A stretch of DNA of 62,879 nt, counting the filler, from Stramenopiles sp. TOSAG23-2 (taxonomy: Eukaryota): assembly GCA_900128395.1 (NCBI GenBank). It is 8 parts of 8 records of this genome, joined end to end, with 100 filler letters (N's around TTAATTAATTAA, not from the genome) between each part and the next. Parts side by side here need not be neighbours in the genome. Positions count along the whole stretch, not along the records: positions 7,913 to 15,699 come from LT650274.1; positions 15,800 to 23,573 come from LT650275.1; 6 more parts are not named here. The stretch is one strand, 5' to 3'. The first letter of the stretch is position 1. Each line of letters starts with the position of its first letter. The notes below the pieces were generated by a model. That model did not search any database and was not told where the DNA came from. It worked only from the letters and a program-made list of their open reading frames with translations. This document shows positions 11,501-21,951 of the stretch, one piece after another. Both the position numbers and the translations under genes were made by a program.

Positions 11501-12285
11501 TTTGGATTTATACACATGGTGGTTACATGAAGGATAAGTCTGCGGCTATTTGCAGAGTTGATACCGAAGACGCTTGGCATAGTTATAGTAAAGAACATTT
11601 AGGCGCCAGTCGTTGGTCCTGCAAGAGTAAAAGAAATCGCCAGTCACCTTTTAGCATATCTTTAAATGAAAAGAAAATTAAATTTGCACAGCCGCAGCAA
11701 TCAGCTGATGACAACACCCTAGAACAGAAAGTATCATCAGTCAAAAATTCTGTAATTAGTTATAACGAGACAGGTAAAGTATCGGCAATTTTGATGAAAT
11801 TAGCAATTGGAGATATTGTTGAAAAGACTGAAGAAGGCGCGATGGTCAAAACTGCAATTTTGCGATTATTCGTCACTGATCCAAGCGCAAAAGGCTTCAA
11901 ATATTGTATGAACACACGCCCGTGGAAAGCCAATTCAGTTACATTTAAAAGTTTCAATGCAACAGTTGCAAATGGATTAGCTGATTGCAAAATAGGCAAA
12001 GCAAAAAATGTAGGTGAATTTGCTGCGCTTGATATTTCTGATTGGTTTCGAAATTGGGTTAGTAATAGAAATAATAATTTTGGCATTACCATTTTGCATC
12101 AAGGTAATTTTAAAGATTCTATAGGTTTCAGCACATCAAAAGTGAGTGGTGAAGATGTTGTACAGCGGCCTCGTTTAAATTTAGCATGTCACGGCGATCA
12201 TGTCGCAAGTGATATGGTTTTTAAAGAGAAAAAAGCAAAGTTACTTGTGGAAAAAGCAAGTTCGTTGCGTGTAGTAAAAAAGTAA
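8536..12285 (+). CDS. Secreted mosaic protein: signal peptide, reelin-like beta-sandwich, EGF-like, von Willebrand D, lectin-like and DNRLRE-like domains
   Basis: Hydrophobic N-terminus. Reelin-repeat-like motifs GNALIFLG..GARYITTKPMD and WRHMTMRVP..LRFYQ..FGIDNIQI. EGF-like CGGHGEG..CTCKCNVGY..PDC. vWD motifs CRSVGDPH..GLCG. Lectin/CBM67-like ADSSFTLYADGK..AGFIASI..SSSTWKC..AFWIY. DNRLRE-like AILRLFV..WKANSVT..DISDWFRNW..NNFG..RPRL. Confidence 0.75.
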   Translation: MTSNRFTVAVIFVLLAVLNVALGKKVQSNLLRSNLNKKVTRDNSDKLASVKDSKGEWIKCENGQRKKGFQRSACRLKKDGEGKEQEFNFQEFLVNKGCPKFGRPAIKESLLCFGDQSPCKEYDMEDLINAFEGCNKIKTARDNLKNNVEAGQNAFEVPDRTLSFTKPVTIFNENFANVKVLGKNITENIEKLGISSPVGDVDFSKKSKWSAKLSTKYGVKVSPMLGSKVNNKTNGNALIFLGNKKGKSTETDGARYITTKPMDIRKGGVISFYLKDGPDDGDYGCSATMEEYRRKEAARLARMQNETIAKEKCANKPPCGGHGEGIYTSSCFKKGRWVVGARLAKDEFTCHNYTNQKCTCKCNVGYKLPDCKESSRPNNRDGYSRCRSVGDPHPNTANGAYFNIYDAGEFVWSRHPDVNVEAHLMTRPAGRVAVNKGMSIRKCTGGAMEDGKTVNKDGKMKGPCETVSMINCNFQVETADGKCMSKGRSFTTKLGIRVTHNTISVDGWSIQYSCGHYFDSYLTINSPRDGRSQGLCGYYGKQGAGEDRKNGNFLSSSGSRGRHSMTSRAFFDGPLTIKTGESSHFNCHGFSRPQVNGRYGFKRIMSTIASAKSMAKMDKAEAGMEMKMREQATTRMLKSYRAWSVANRKDNKDQENEVTNEEATKKCEEKILECSGLPVADAKAMEACVQDYIKVGREAGKMVLQGACDVVKEDEENAFEDVEADEKDEKLELVGEAALRSPSKNDLVVQWCVEDCTYPETEKCKEARQTMMENPKSGLKVEDVNKLCIWKQLKAFPAKLYAESGLTKDWRHMTMRVPQEAIDRTHKPANPRNKGQHMRLRFYQHAHDCFCCDTFGIDNIQIVTGGWPVRILADSSFTLYADGKKIGNGIYNEMKEIYRYRVDPQSKIFAIDVESRGKNRAGFIASIGDSIVSSSTWKCKNRYINDNVTELVQPIISDSNWGKAVELGTNEGEGTVPWGSVPGMASKAFWIYTHGGYMKDKSAAICRVDTEDAWHSYSKEHLGASRWSCKSKRNRQSPFSISLNEKKIKFAQPQQSADDNTLEQKVSSVKNSVISYNETGKVSAILMKLAIGDIVEKTEEGAMVKTAILRLFVTDPSAKGFKYCMNTRPWKANSVTFKSFNATVANGLADCKIGKAKNVGEFAALDISDWFRNWVSNRNNNFGITILHQGNFKDSIGFSTSKVSGEDVVQRPRLNLACHGDHVASDMVFKEKKAKLLVEKASSLRVVKK

Positions 12286-12531
12286 AATTAGTGTTTTAAT
12301 ATATTTTTGATTTAAATTATTTTTGTGCAAAATATTATTTAAACATATTATTACGAGTATTTATCGTGCTCGTAATTTCTTGTATTCTGTGGCGGCGGTC
12401 TTTTGGATCGCTTCAATGTGCGTGTATACCTTGTACTGCTACTGTTGTTCATAATAAAAAAAAAATTGCATCTCTACTATGACATACTACCAAGAATATC
12501 TGGTATATGATATTAATACACGTTTTTATCT

Positions 12532-13439
12532 TTAAAAAACAATACCTTGTTGCTCACGTTTCAATTTTCTTATTTGATAATTCTTTGTTGCTAATTTCAA
12601 CTTCTCTTCAATTGTCAATATTATATTATTTTCATCAAAGTTCCTGCTATTATTGTTCTTTGTTGTATTGGTTTCCATTTTTTGTTGTGTCACATCATCT
12701 TCTTTTTCTTCTTTATTATTCTCATCCTTCTTCATCTTATTATTACCCGCCCCATCACTACTATTATCAATAAATATTACTTTGTTATTGTTATTTAGTG
12801 CAGCAGTGCTTTTACTTTTATCCAAAAATCCTATATTTTCTAATCGTTGTTCTTGTCGAATATTATCATCTAACTTTTTTTTATATGCAGCTGTGACAAA
12901 TGTTTCAGTATCTCCATATATAGCAGCTTCTTCATCTTGTCGTCTTTGAATCAATCTTTCTTTTGCTATATTATTTCTAGCTTCTCTATTTTTTGCTGTA
13001 GACAATAGTGTATTTATATATTTACTTCCTTTTTCTTTTGTCACTTTCTGTAGAACAAAGTCCTCTTTTGCTATTTCTGTTTCATACTCGGCAAGACTAC
13101 GTTCAAACTCTTCATCTTTTTTTGATTTTAATCCTACCTCTTGTTGTTGTTTTTCAATCATACGTTCAATTGTTTTTTTTTGAATATCTACATTATTATT
13201 CCTTTTCGTATCATTACTATTAGACGTACCTAAAGCACTAATTGAAGTACGTATTTTTCCTTTTTTCTTTTTTTTACCTTTTCGATCATACGTTCAATTG
13301 TTTTTTTTTGAATATCTACATTATTATTCCTTTTCGTATCATTACTATTAGACGTACCTAAAGCACTAATTGAAGTACGTATTTTTCCTTTTTTCTTTTT
13401 TTTACCTTTTCGTTTATTAAATGTAATTACAGATGTCAT
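12532..13439 (-). CDS. NSRP1: Nuclear speckle splicing regulatory protein 1 / CCDC55-like (DUF2040); frame broken by a 128-bp tandem duplication
   Basis: SKYINTLLSTAKNRE...ERLIQRRQDEEAAIYGDTETFVTAAYKKKL matches the DUF2040 pattern. Removing one copy of the 128-bp repeat joins ORFs 13230..13439 and 12532..13161 into one 259-aa frame. Confidence 0.75.
13157..13412. repeat. Apparently perfect 128-bp tandem duplication (13157..13284 and 13285..13412)
   Basis: Both units run atcatacgttcaattg...taccttttcg; no differences seen by eye. Confidence 0.92.
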
Positions 13440-13738
13440 GGTTTAAGCAATTTGGTTACATATGTATGTATGTATGTATGTATCTGGATCTATATATATG
13501 TATTGTATTATTATATATTATTTTTATTTATTATTTTTTGTATATTATTATTATTGTTGTGCCAGTACTGTTGTATAGTGTGTGTGCCAGTGTGCTTCTT
13601 GTCGAGAGAAGAAAAAATAAAATAAATAATAAAAAATCAAAACGAAAATATTAGAATATTAATATTATACGCACACACATGAAAAATCATTCCTCTCCAC
13701 TCTCTTTCGCCTTTTTCTACAACATTATCATGTATCAT

Positions 13739-15169
13739 TTAATCATCAAAAGTATTACTTTGTTGTTGTCTTGGTATTCCACATATTTTATCTGCTAATT
13801 TTGGTCGATACTTTGATAATGCAACACGACGTTTTTCAATATCTAACATCAATGTACGTAAACATTTTGTACCGTGCTTTTGCCCACCACGCATGACAGT
13901 TGCTTTTTTCCTTGGTGCGGTAAATGATTTACTAAGGCGCCGGTCATATTTACTAATTTCTTTTTCTAATTTACTTTTAATCTTACCTAAACGGTTTCCA
14001 TGTTTTTCCAACCATTCCAACGTGGAACCACTAGTCTGCATTAACGTTGTGCTACGACCAAGTACATTGATACGTGCACCAACATGTAAGTCCCAACATT
14101 GTAATGGTCCATGTAAGCCTTGGATATGAGACAATGTGTACATTTTATCACTTTTATCTAATAAAATTTGGAAATTACCTGTATCAATAATAAATCGTAT
14201 TTCCACATAACGTCTTTCTGATCCTTTATCAAAACCTGGTTTGGATTCACTCCACCAAGATTTGAATTCCATGACATCTATATTAGAAATTGATTTAACT
14301 TGTGTAATCGATTTCCACATTAAAGCACTTGCATTGGAACCTTGCTCATCCACATCATTATCGTCATTTTCATTAAACATTTCTAAAAAATCAGCTGGTC
14401 GTTCGATTAAAATAGCTGCAGATGGTTTTCTTGCTCTTCGTATATCATCCGTAAAGCTATAAAAATATTGTATACCATCCAAGTCATAAAATTTCATCCA
14501 TGCACCATCCAAAGCAACGGCGCCTGGCATAGTTGTTGCTCTTTGTTGTTCGACAATACGACGAGATCCCCTATCTCCTGGGTGGTTGACACTAAATTGA
14601 TCGGTAAAAGTGTTTCTATACAATTCACGCCCTTCCGCTGCATTCCATTCAAATTGCCAATCCGGTGGTAAAGGTGTATTCAACGCATCTTGTGCTATCC
14701 ATAATAAATGAGGTTCGCTGTCTGGTTTTATACCAAGCATATTTTCTGCTATATATAAGATATCCTGCGGTGTAGCCACGTCATCTTTCCCTAAGCGTCT
14801 AGTCGGTGGTCTTTCTGGTAAACTTAAATGTATTTCATGTATTTTCTCTTCATTAATCTGACTCCCACCACTATTTAAGTTATTTTCGTTGGTATTATTA
14901 TTATTCGCTATTCGATGACCAAATGCATGAAATTCCTCCATGGTTACATAGCCATTGTGATTTGTATCCAAATCATCAAACTCTTGTGCATACGTTGATG
15001 GATGCAACAATGCGTTGTAGATGGGATGGTCGTTTAACAAATTACGTACGTTATCATTGGACATAACACCACGTAATATTTCCACTTTTGTTAATTTTCC
15101 ATCATGGTTTGCATCAAATTCATCAAAAACTTTTTTCATAATTTGCAATTCTTCCTCATCATTCGACAT
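13739..15169 (-). CDS. EF-hand + CEP164-type WW + DM10-like protein (probable ciliary/basal-body protein)
   Basis: Two EF-hands (DANHDGKLTKVE, DTNHNGYVTMEE). MLGIKPDSEPHLLWIAQDALNTPLPPDW..YRN....SVNHP resembles the CEP164 N-terminal WW module, followed by a second WW-like segment. DLHVGARINVLGR..TLEWL resembles DM10. Confidence 0.7.
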   Translation of the reverse strand: MSNDEEELQIMKKVFDEFDANHDGKLTKVEILRGVMSNDNVRNLLNDHPIYNALLHPSTYAQEFDDLDTNHNGYVTMEEFHAFGHRIANNNNTNENNLNSGGSQINEEKIHEIHLSLPERPPTRRLGKDDVATPQDILYIAENMLGIKPDSEPHLLWIAQDALNTPLPPDWQFEWNAAEGRELYRNTFTDQFSVNHPGDRGSRRIVEQQRATTMPGAVALDGAWMKFYDLDGIQYFYSFTDDIRRARKPSAAILIERPADFLEMFNENDDNDVDEQGSNASALMWKSITQVKSISNIDVMEFKSWWSESKPGFDKGSERRYVEIRFIIDTGNFQILLDKSDKMYTLSHIQGLHGPLQCWDLHVGARINVLGRSTTLMQTSGSTLEWLEKHGNRLGKIKSKLEKEISKYDRRLSKSFTAPRKKATVMRGGQKHGTKCLRTLMLDIEKRRVALSKYRPKLADKICGIPRQQQSNTFDD

Positions 15170-16650
15170 TGTTCTAGGTGATTTATGGAGACTATAAATA
15201 TATATTGTGTCTAAAATAAATCAATATGACTTCTTGGTTTCCTATACAATACATATAAGTTGTTGAAAGTCAGGAAAGATAATGCTATATATATATCTCA
15301 TATTTAATTTAGAATAATATAAAATAAAAGTGCAAGTTGTACAACGTCTCTTCTCTTCGCAACCTTCCAAAAAGCCACCAGAAGAAAAAAGCACCAAAAC
15401 AACAGAGAGGAGAATTCGCGAGTGATAATACAAGGCACATAGCGTAGAGAGAGCCCATGGTTAAATACCTTAATTCTACAGCTGTTGTTATGTCAAACCA
15501 TATTCTAATTCTAGAAGATATAGGAAATAGATAAAACTTAGAAATTTAAGTTGCTTAAATTGTTTTGAATGAAATGAAAATTCCGCTTAAGCTAAAGCTA
15601 TTATACGCTGCAATTTATTATATTTAGGTGTGTGCCTGCCCAGTCAATTTTTTTTAGAGAACGATACGTTAGCATGGAATAGCATTGAGGTCCAAAATAN
15701 NNNNNNNNNNNNNNNNNNNNNNNNNNNNNNNNNNNNNNNNNNNTTAATTAATTAANNNNNNNNNNNNNNNNNNNNNNNNNNNNNNNNNNNNNNNNNNNNG
15801 GTAGGTAATATATAAATGATTGCGGTTCTATCTGCGTGTATATAGTACTAATAAACTATAATAATATTTTCAATATTATGAAATAAGAGATGGATGTAAA
15901 TAATAATATTATATAGTTCATACATTGATCTATATATCTATATATTCTTGTGAATAATAATCAAGTGCTAAAATGCACAAATGGATATGATAATAAAAAA
16001 AATAATAAAAAATGGCAACAACAACTGATGGAGGCTGATTCATGAACCTAATACAGTGTTATAGTAGTATACCAATGCTATTAGTCGTCTATAGTCTACC
16101 ACCTTGGTGGTATGCCTGCTGCCTGCCTGCTAGACCTATCATATTATTGATAGAAGTCTGCCACACGCCACACACAGTGGAAATTACTCAGGAAACCCCG
16201 CTATGCTATTCGCTGCCCCATATAATACTGTATATTCAGGTAATGAATTTGAATGGCACTATTCTAATATTCTAACTATTACTATGCTTGAGACTTTTTT
16301 TTTTAAATATCGACATCTAAATTCCAAAAATGACATCACTGATTTTAGTAAAATTTAGAGTGAAAATATCATTTCAAAAACTATGATATTACTATTTAAA
16401 TGACGAAAACGACAAATAACTTGAAAAATTAAATTATTTAATCTAATAATATCCGAAAAGTGGAAATATTCAGCACCACCTACCACCTGGTAGATTACCA
16501 GGTATAGCTCTAGCTATTATAGATATTAATAGGCGGCTGCATCACCACCTTTCTTTAGGAGGAGACATAAGCTATGTTAGGCCTTCCGTACACAGACACG
16601 GTCTCAAATTGGCTACTATGTAAATAGCACTGAAAAAAGGACTAAAATTA

Positions 16651-16674
16651 CAAACCGGTTTTAAAACCGGTTTG
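16651..16674. repeat. Perfect 24-bp palindrome CAAACCGGTTTTAAAACCGGTTTG
   Basis: The sequence equals its own reverse complement and lies ~400 bp upstream of the 17077 gene. Confidence 0.9.
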
Positions 16675-17076
16675 AAAAATAAAATAACACTGTTTACTAT
16701 AGACTAAAATAATGTGCAAAAATTGATTAAAAAACTGGAGAAAATAAGGTTTTATTATAATGGCATTACCATACAGACTTCGCAAACTTTAAGGGTCTTT
16801 GCAAACGAAACTTCGCGTGTACTCTACGCCTTAATGTCATTATCATAGGCAAAGAGAATTCTCTTTTTTGTTTTATAGACGACACTAAGCGTCCAGCATC
16901 AGAGTGCAACCACTTACACTACTAATAACTATAGTAGTGGTGTGCTTTATTTTTTTTTTATATATCGAATATTTTATCGATTGATAATTGAATAAAATAT
17001 AGAAGAGTGAGTAGAGTGAGAGATTTTCATTCAGGTAATGTAAATATGTATATATATATATACATGTTTATGTAAT

Positions 17077-18687
17077 ATGATGGATGATAACAATGACGAT
17101 AATCATACTACAATCAATTTAAACATTTTTGATCAAATGGTAGCAAGTGTTGCCTCCATTATTGTCCCAGAATCATTATCTTTAGAAGGTGTAGAGAAAT
17201 GGGGTGCCAACAATAACAATAATAATAATAAAACATGGAAACGTAAACCGAATGTCAATATAGCTAAGAAGAACATTGCAATGAAGAAACATCCAATTGT
17301 CAAAGTTGGAGACATCATATTGACACGTACACCTGGTGCATTTATGAGCATAGCAAGAGATATGGCCAATAATCCATTTGATCATGCCGTCGTAGTTGTT
17401 GAAAATAATATGGTAGTTCATGTTAGTCCGCCCCAAGTTCGATTATTACCTTTACATATTATATTGGAAGAAAAACGATCACCATTGTTGTTAAGACCAA
17501 TGTTAAAAAATGAGGAAATGGAAATATTTATAACTAATGTGAAGAGTGCTATAGGAAAACGCTATAACACTTCCCGTGCTATTGCATTGTTATCACGTAT
17601 AGTGTTAGAGCAACAGTTCGATATTAAATCAACAAAGCCTTTAAGCAATAAAAAAGCAACTTTACTTAGTGGAGGTGCAATTTGTACAGACCTCGTATTA
17701 AGTTGTTTATGTAAAGCTAGTGATTTGTTCCATCATACAATTTTTGAATCAGAATTAAGTAAAGAGCTTGATTATATCAAACAAGGTAGTGCATCATTTA
17801 TGGATCTAGTACGTTTAAATCGATATGTGCCTAAACATTTAAGATATTATCCTTTAAAAGATGTACAAGCAAATAATAATATGGAAAATGTAGAAGAAAA
17901 AACGACAACAACAACAATAATAAATGGCAATACTACTGATAAAAAGCAATTGCCTGATGTTCCCAAGTTATTTTCGTTGGACGATAACGACAAGGATGTG
18001 AAAGACAAAAATTACACAAAATTACAAGATATGGTAGAAACATTTTCTATTCCTTTTCAACAAGTTGCTTTATCATATTTAAATCGATATCGTATAACAT
18101 TGCCTGATAAACGTTTTGAAGAATTAATTTCCATTGATGTTTTGGAAGAATTACCATGTAAAGGAAATTGTATTTATGGACATCGCGTATTTACCATGGA
18201 TACTACCAATAGTTTTCCTAGTATATTGAATTCAATAATTGGACATAATCAAACAAATGCAATTTTTCATGAAGAGTGCATTTTTAATTTTGAAAAAAAA
18301 GAATTAACAATTGTAACGTATAATTCTACTTATACGTCGTATTGCAATCTATATTCGCGTATAGTAATTAAGGAAACGGAGAATTCCAATAACACTAATA
18401 CTAATAGTTTGAAACAATGTATATTAAGAGAAACAGGGCAAATATCTGCTCATGGAATTCCATACTTACTTCAAAGTACAGTGAAAAGTTTTTTATCAGG
18501 TGGTGCTATTAAAAATCACCATCGTACGATTGAAATGTTAAATGACCGCTTGAAACATTTTGTATATAAATATAATGAGAAAAGTAAGAAAATATTTTTT
18601 GTCAATGAAATGGGTGTGTTTGATGATGAAGATACTGATTTATCTAATAATGATAATGGAAGGGTACAACATCGTAGTCGCTTGTGA
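17077..18687 (+). CDS. Permuted papain-like NlpC/P60 (YiiX/YaeF-type) domain fused to a PRELI/MSF1-like domain
   Basis: GDIILTR..FDHAVVVV (catalytic His)..IGKRYN..ICTDLV (catalytic Cys after His, i.e. the permuted order). The C-terminal IDVLEE..HRVF..FHEECIFNFEKKELTIVTYNSTY resembles PRELI. Confidence 0.7.
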   Translation: MMDDNNDDNHTTINLNIFDQMVASVASIIVPESLSLEGVEKWGANNNNNNNKTWKRKPNVNIAKKNIAMKKHPIVKVGDIILTRTPGAFMSIARDMANNPFDHAVVVVENNMVVHVSPPQVRLLPLHIILEEKRSPLLLRPMLKNEEMEIFITNVKSAIGKRYNTSRAIALLSRIVLEQQFDIKSTKPLSNKKATLLSGGAICTDLVLSCLCKASDLFHHTIFESELSKELDYIKQGSASFMDLVRLNRYVPKHLRYYPLKDVQANNNMENVEEKTTTTTIINGNTTDKKQLPDVPKLFSLDDNDKDVKDKNYTKLQDMVETFSIPFQQVALSYLNRYRITLPDKRFEELISIDVLEELPCKGNCIYGHRVFTMDTTNSFPSILNSIIGHNQTNAIFHEECIFNFEKKELTIVTYNSTYTSYCNLYSRIVIKETENSNNTNTNSLKQCILRETGQISAHGIPYLLQSTVKSFLSGGAIKNHHRTIEMLNDRLKHFVYKYNEKSKKIFFVNEMGVFDDEDTDLSNNDNGRVQHRSRL

Positions 18688-19001
18688 AAACATTTTTTTT
18701 CATACAATGCGAGAACATTAGTACGAAGTTCGTACGAGTATGTAGGAACCGTATAAAATATATATTTTATAAAATAGTATACGAAAACGTATATATATAT
18801 ATATGTATATTTATATTCGTAAAATAAATTATATCTCTCTCAAAAATAAATTGGCACACGCATCATATGGGGGTCATATCATAAATATTATTTTTAATAT
18901 TTTTTTTTTTTAAATGTATCATATGCATAGTACGAAAGTAGCTGTTTTAGTATCATACCACACACACGGGCGCGGCACTTTTATTATTTTTTAGAACACC
19001 C

Positions 19002-20429
19002 TTATTTTGTCTTCTTCGCATCATCGCTGTAACTCCATCCTTTTATACCGAGATAACTATTTATTTTTCTTATATTAGCCGCTTCGTAAATGCGGGCAAC
19101 TAAGTCAGCAATAAAAACTGGAGAGTTTTCAAATGCGGCGGTATCGACTTCCTCATACAAATACGAACGAGCAAAACTAATTAATGCTTCTTTTCGTGCA
19201 CTATTGACTGAGTAAGAGTTATCTTTATGAGAAAAGCCAGTATCGCGATGTGTTACTTCAATCGAGTTGTAATACTGTGGCAACATGAAATTATAATATT
19301 TTATTGTACCACGTGGACCAGATGCTTGAACGTTAGCTTCTGGCCAAAAGCCTTTGCCATATGATACTTCGATAATAACACGCCGTTTCTTCTTTAACGC
19401 ACTTTCGTTATATTTTGCATGTTCACCTGTTATTTCTTTAAATATTTCTAATTCAACCAGCATCTTATCATCAATATTTTTATCAACACTTGTCTCTGGC
19501 TCTGCACGTATAATTAACACACAAGAAGGATCTTCTATTTCAAATAAAGTTCGTACCATATCAAGGCAAAATGGACCATATCGTCTAAATGCACCTGCAC
19601 CACTACTCGCAGTAGTATCATCTTCTGGGTTTGTACTCGGCCAATACCATGTTGCCCATGATGGAATCGTTAGAACAATTTTAGAACGAAAAATCGGACC
19701 AACTTGTGCTACAGATGCCATAAAACGGCGATATGCAGGATGATGGCGATGGTAAAGGCCTTCTTTTAAAATTAATTTATTTTCCTTAGCAATACGCACT
19801 AATTCTGCAGCTTCTTTCCCTGTGCAAGCAATCGGTGAATGGCATATTACATGTTTTTTTGAATTTAAGGCATCCCGTGTCCATCGAAATCTTACAATAG
19901 GATTTAAAGCGATATATAAAGCATTTAAATCTTTGTTACTTAATAATTCTCTTGGTGAATTGTAGCTACGTAAAACTTTTGGATATGCTTCTATAAAATC
20001 CAACATGTGTTGGCGATGTACATTTCCATATGCATGTACATCAAAACCTTCTATGGTTTTACATGCTTCCATTAAATTATATTTCAAGTCACTTAAATTA
20101 CCAAGTGCACCAATTTTAAATTTATTTTTTTCCTCCTCTTTCCCACCTTTTTTTCCTTTTTTTTTCTTTGTTCCCCTTTCACCACCGCCGGCAGATTTTA
20201 TTACTCCATCAAACCATCTAAAACGCCCAGTTGCATACCCCCACCGAAATAAAATTGTAAACATAAACATACAAAAAAGTGGGGTCATTTGGTGCGATAA
20301 TACGTAGTCAACATAAAGTATACCAGTGTATGGTGTAACTTTTTCCCACCATGGCTTATTAAATTCTTCTACTCGTCTCCTCATCATTTCATCCTCATAA
20401 TTTGGCGTGTTAAAATCTGTTTCCTCCAT
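19002..20429 (-). CDS. Gfo/Idh/MocA-fold oxidoreductase-like protein with N-terminal membrane segment
   Basis: Y.S..ELL..KDLNALYIA..P....W...AL.SKKHVIC..P.A....EA.EL...A.E..L.L.EG...RHHP follows the Gfo/Idh/MocA N-domain pattern. Hydrophobic segment near residues 35-62. Confidence 0.75.
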   Translation of the reverse strand: MEETDFNTPNYEDEMMRRRVEEFNKPWWEKVTPYTGILYVDYVLSHQMTPLFCMFMFTILFRWGYATGRFRWFDGVIKSAGGGERGTKKKKGKKGGKEEEKNKFKIGALGNLSDLKYNLMEACKTIEGFDVHAYGNVHRQHMLDFIEAYPKVLRSYNSPRELLSNKDLNALYIALNPIVRFRWTRDALNSKKHVICHSPIACTGKEAAELVRIAKENKLILKEGLYHRHHPAYRRFMASVAQVGPIFRSKIVLTIPSWATWYWPSTNPEDDTTASSGAGAFRRYGPFCLDMVRTLFEIEDPSCVLIIRAEPETSVDKNIDDKMLVELEIFKEITGEHAKYNESALKKKRRVIIEVSYGKGFWPEANVQASGPRGTIKYYNFMLPQYYNSIEVTHRDTGFSHKDNSYSVNSARKEALISFARSYLYEEVDTAAFENSPVFIADLVARIYEAANIRKINSYLGIKGWSYSDDAKKTK

Positions 20430-21126
20430 CTTGTATTTTTTTAATCTATCTATCTCTCTATACTACAATATGATACACTATAGATATGGATAAAAATAGA
20501 ATGTATTAAATAGATGATTACATAAATCCAAGACAACAATGTCATTTGTCACAATTAATACAATCCTTACATAGTATATGTGTATATGTACATTATTGTT
20601 ATATGTATCCAATTATTATTTTTTTCGGTCCGTATAAAACTACATATGAGTATAGCTAGCTACTCCTATAACTGGCATCAGTATCACACAGTATAGCACT
20701 GGCTTGCAGTATCACAACACAACTTTTACAACAACACAACACAAAATCATACAAAAGGCTATAGTTAGAATAGTGTAAAGCTCGACTATAAGTCCTATAT
20801 GAATTCCCTGGTGCTAGAGAGCTAGAGAGGGCTTTACCTTTTAAGTATAAATTATTGATAGGTGAAATCGTAAAGCCACATCAAACATCCTTACCTGGCT
20901 TACTGGGCTTACCACCAACCATTTTACTACTGTGTATTTTTATTATTATTACGTGCTTACCACATTTATTCATTTTATTGTGCCATTTTGTAGAGATGCA
21001 AGGAAAGAACAATTGTATCGTTGAATACAATCTCAGAGAAGAATAATAGAGATATATAAATATATCACTTAGGTCATTTGTATTTATATAGGATATGTAT
21101 ATGTATATAAGAATATTTGAAACAAT

Positions 21127-21951
21127 ATGACATCACTTGCATCATCCTCGACAGAAAAAGACGAGAAGAATAGTAAAAATACCATTTTATTAACTGATGA
21201 AATTTATGAAAAACTAGAAAATGGTGTTGAGGTTTTCGAGAAACATGTTATAAATAAGGAGGTAAATGCTGAAGGTAATCCATGGAAAGTTGAAAGAGAC
21301 ACTGGTAATATTATCGTCCGTTATTCCGCTTCAAAAACAAATAGTTGTAGAATATTTCATGTTCAGTTTCGAGTAAAAATACCAAAATCATTTGATTTGA
21401 ATGTATTTATAAGTAACCTAATGGATATGCCAAAACGTGTCTCGTGGGATAAATCCATCAAAAGCGCAAAAACACACTCCACATATAAAAGCACGTTGAA
21501 AAAAGATGTAGCTTTATTAAAGGAAGAGGGTACTCAAGTAACCTATGAACTCTCAGAATATACAACAGCTAGTGCTGCTGGTGGCTTAGTTTCTCCCCGT
21601 TGGTTCCTTGATGCAAGGAAATTCACCACAACTAAGGATGGTACTGCTAGTTGTTTTACTGTCGATGCCTCTGGTAGTTCCCTGGTTGATCCAGAAAGTG
21701 GTCATGTAATAGCTAAAAACTATAATGGTGGTGCTTCTCGTATACAACGTATAGAAATATTGGAGGATGGTTTTGAAATTTGGCAAAGTGATAGTGTAGC
21801 TCATTGTAATATAGGTGGTTGGTTACCCACTGCAATTGTTAATCGTGAAACTGGAGGTGCAATGGCTGGAACGTATGAATCGATGTTGTTGCAATTAGTT
21901 GAAAGTAAAGACAATAGTATCATTCCAACAAAAGATTATAATGGAAAATAA
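21127..21951 (+). CDS. START-domain lipid/sterol-binding protein (STARD4/5/6-like)
   Basis: R.SWDKSI, AAGGLVSPRWFLDAR and NIGGWLPTAIVN are typical START motifs. Confidence 0.85.
   Translation: MTSLASSSTEKDEKNSKNTILLTDEIYEKLENGVEVFEKHVINKEVNAEGNPWKVERDTGNIIVRYSASKTNSCRIFHVQFRVKIPKSFDLNVFISNLMDMPKRVSWDKSIKSAKTHSTYKSTLKKDVALLKEEGTQVTYELSEYTTASAAGGLVSPRWFLDARKFTTTKDGTASCFTVDASGSSLVDPESGHVIAKNYNGGASRIQRIEILEDGFEIWQSDSVAHCNIGGWLPTAIVNRETGGAMAGTYESMLLQLVESKDNSIIPTKDYNGK

Noticed and set aside
8536-12285. Mastigoneme Sig/Ocm-family protein
   Set aside because: Only one clear EGF-like unit; the vWD, reelin-like and DNRLRE-like motifs do not fit what I recall of that family.
13157-13412. 128-bp duplication as real pseudogenisation or a programmed frameshift of NSRP1
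   Set aside because: A perfect repeat of about k-mer/read-overlap length in a conserved gene is more likely an assembly artefact; read mapping is needed.
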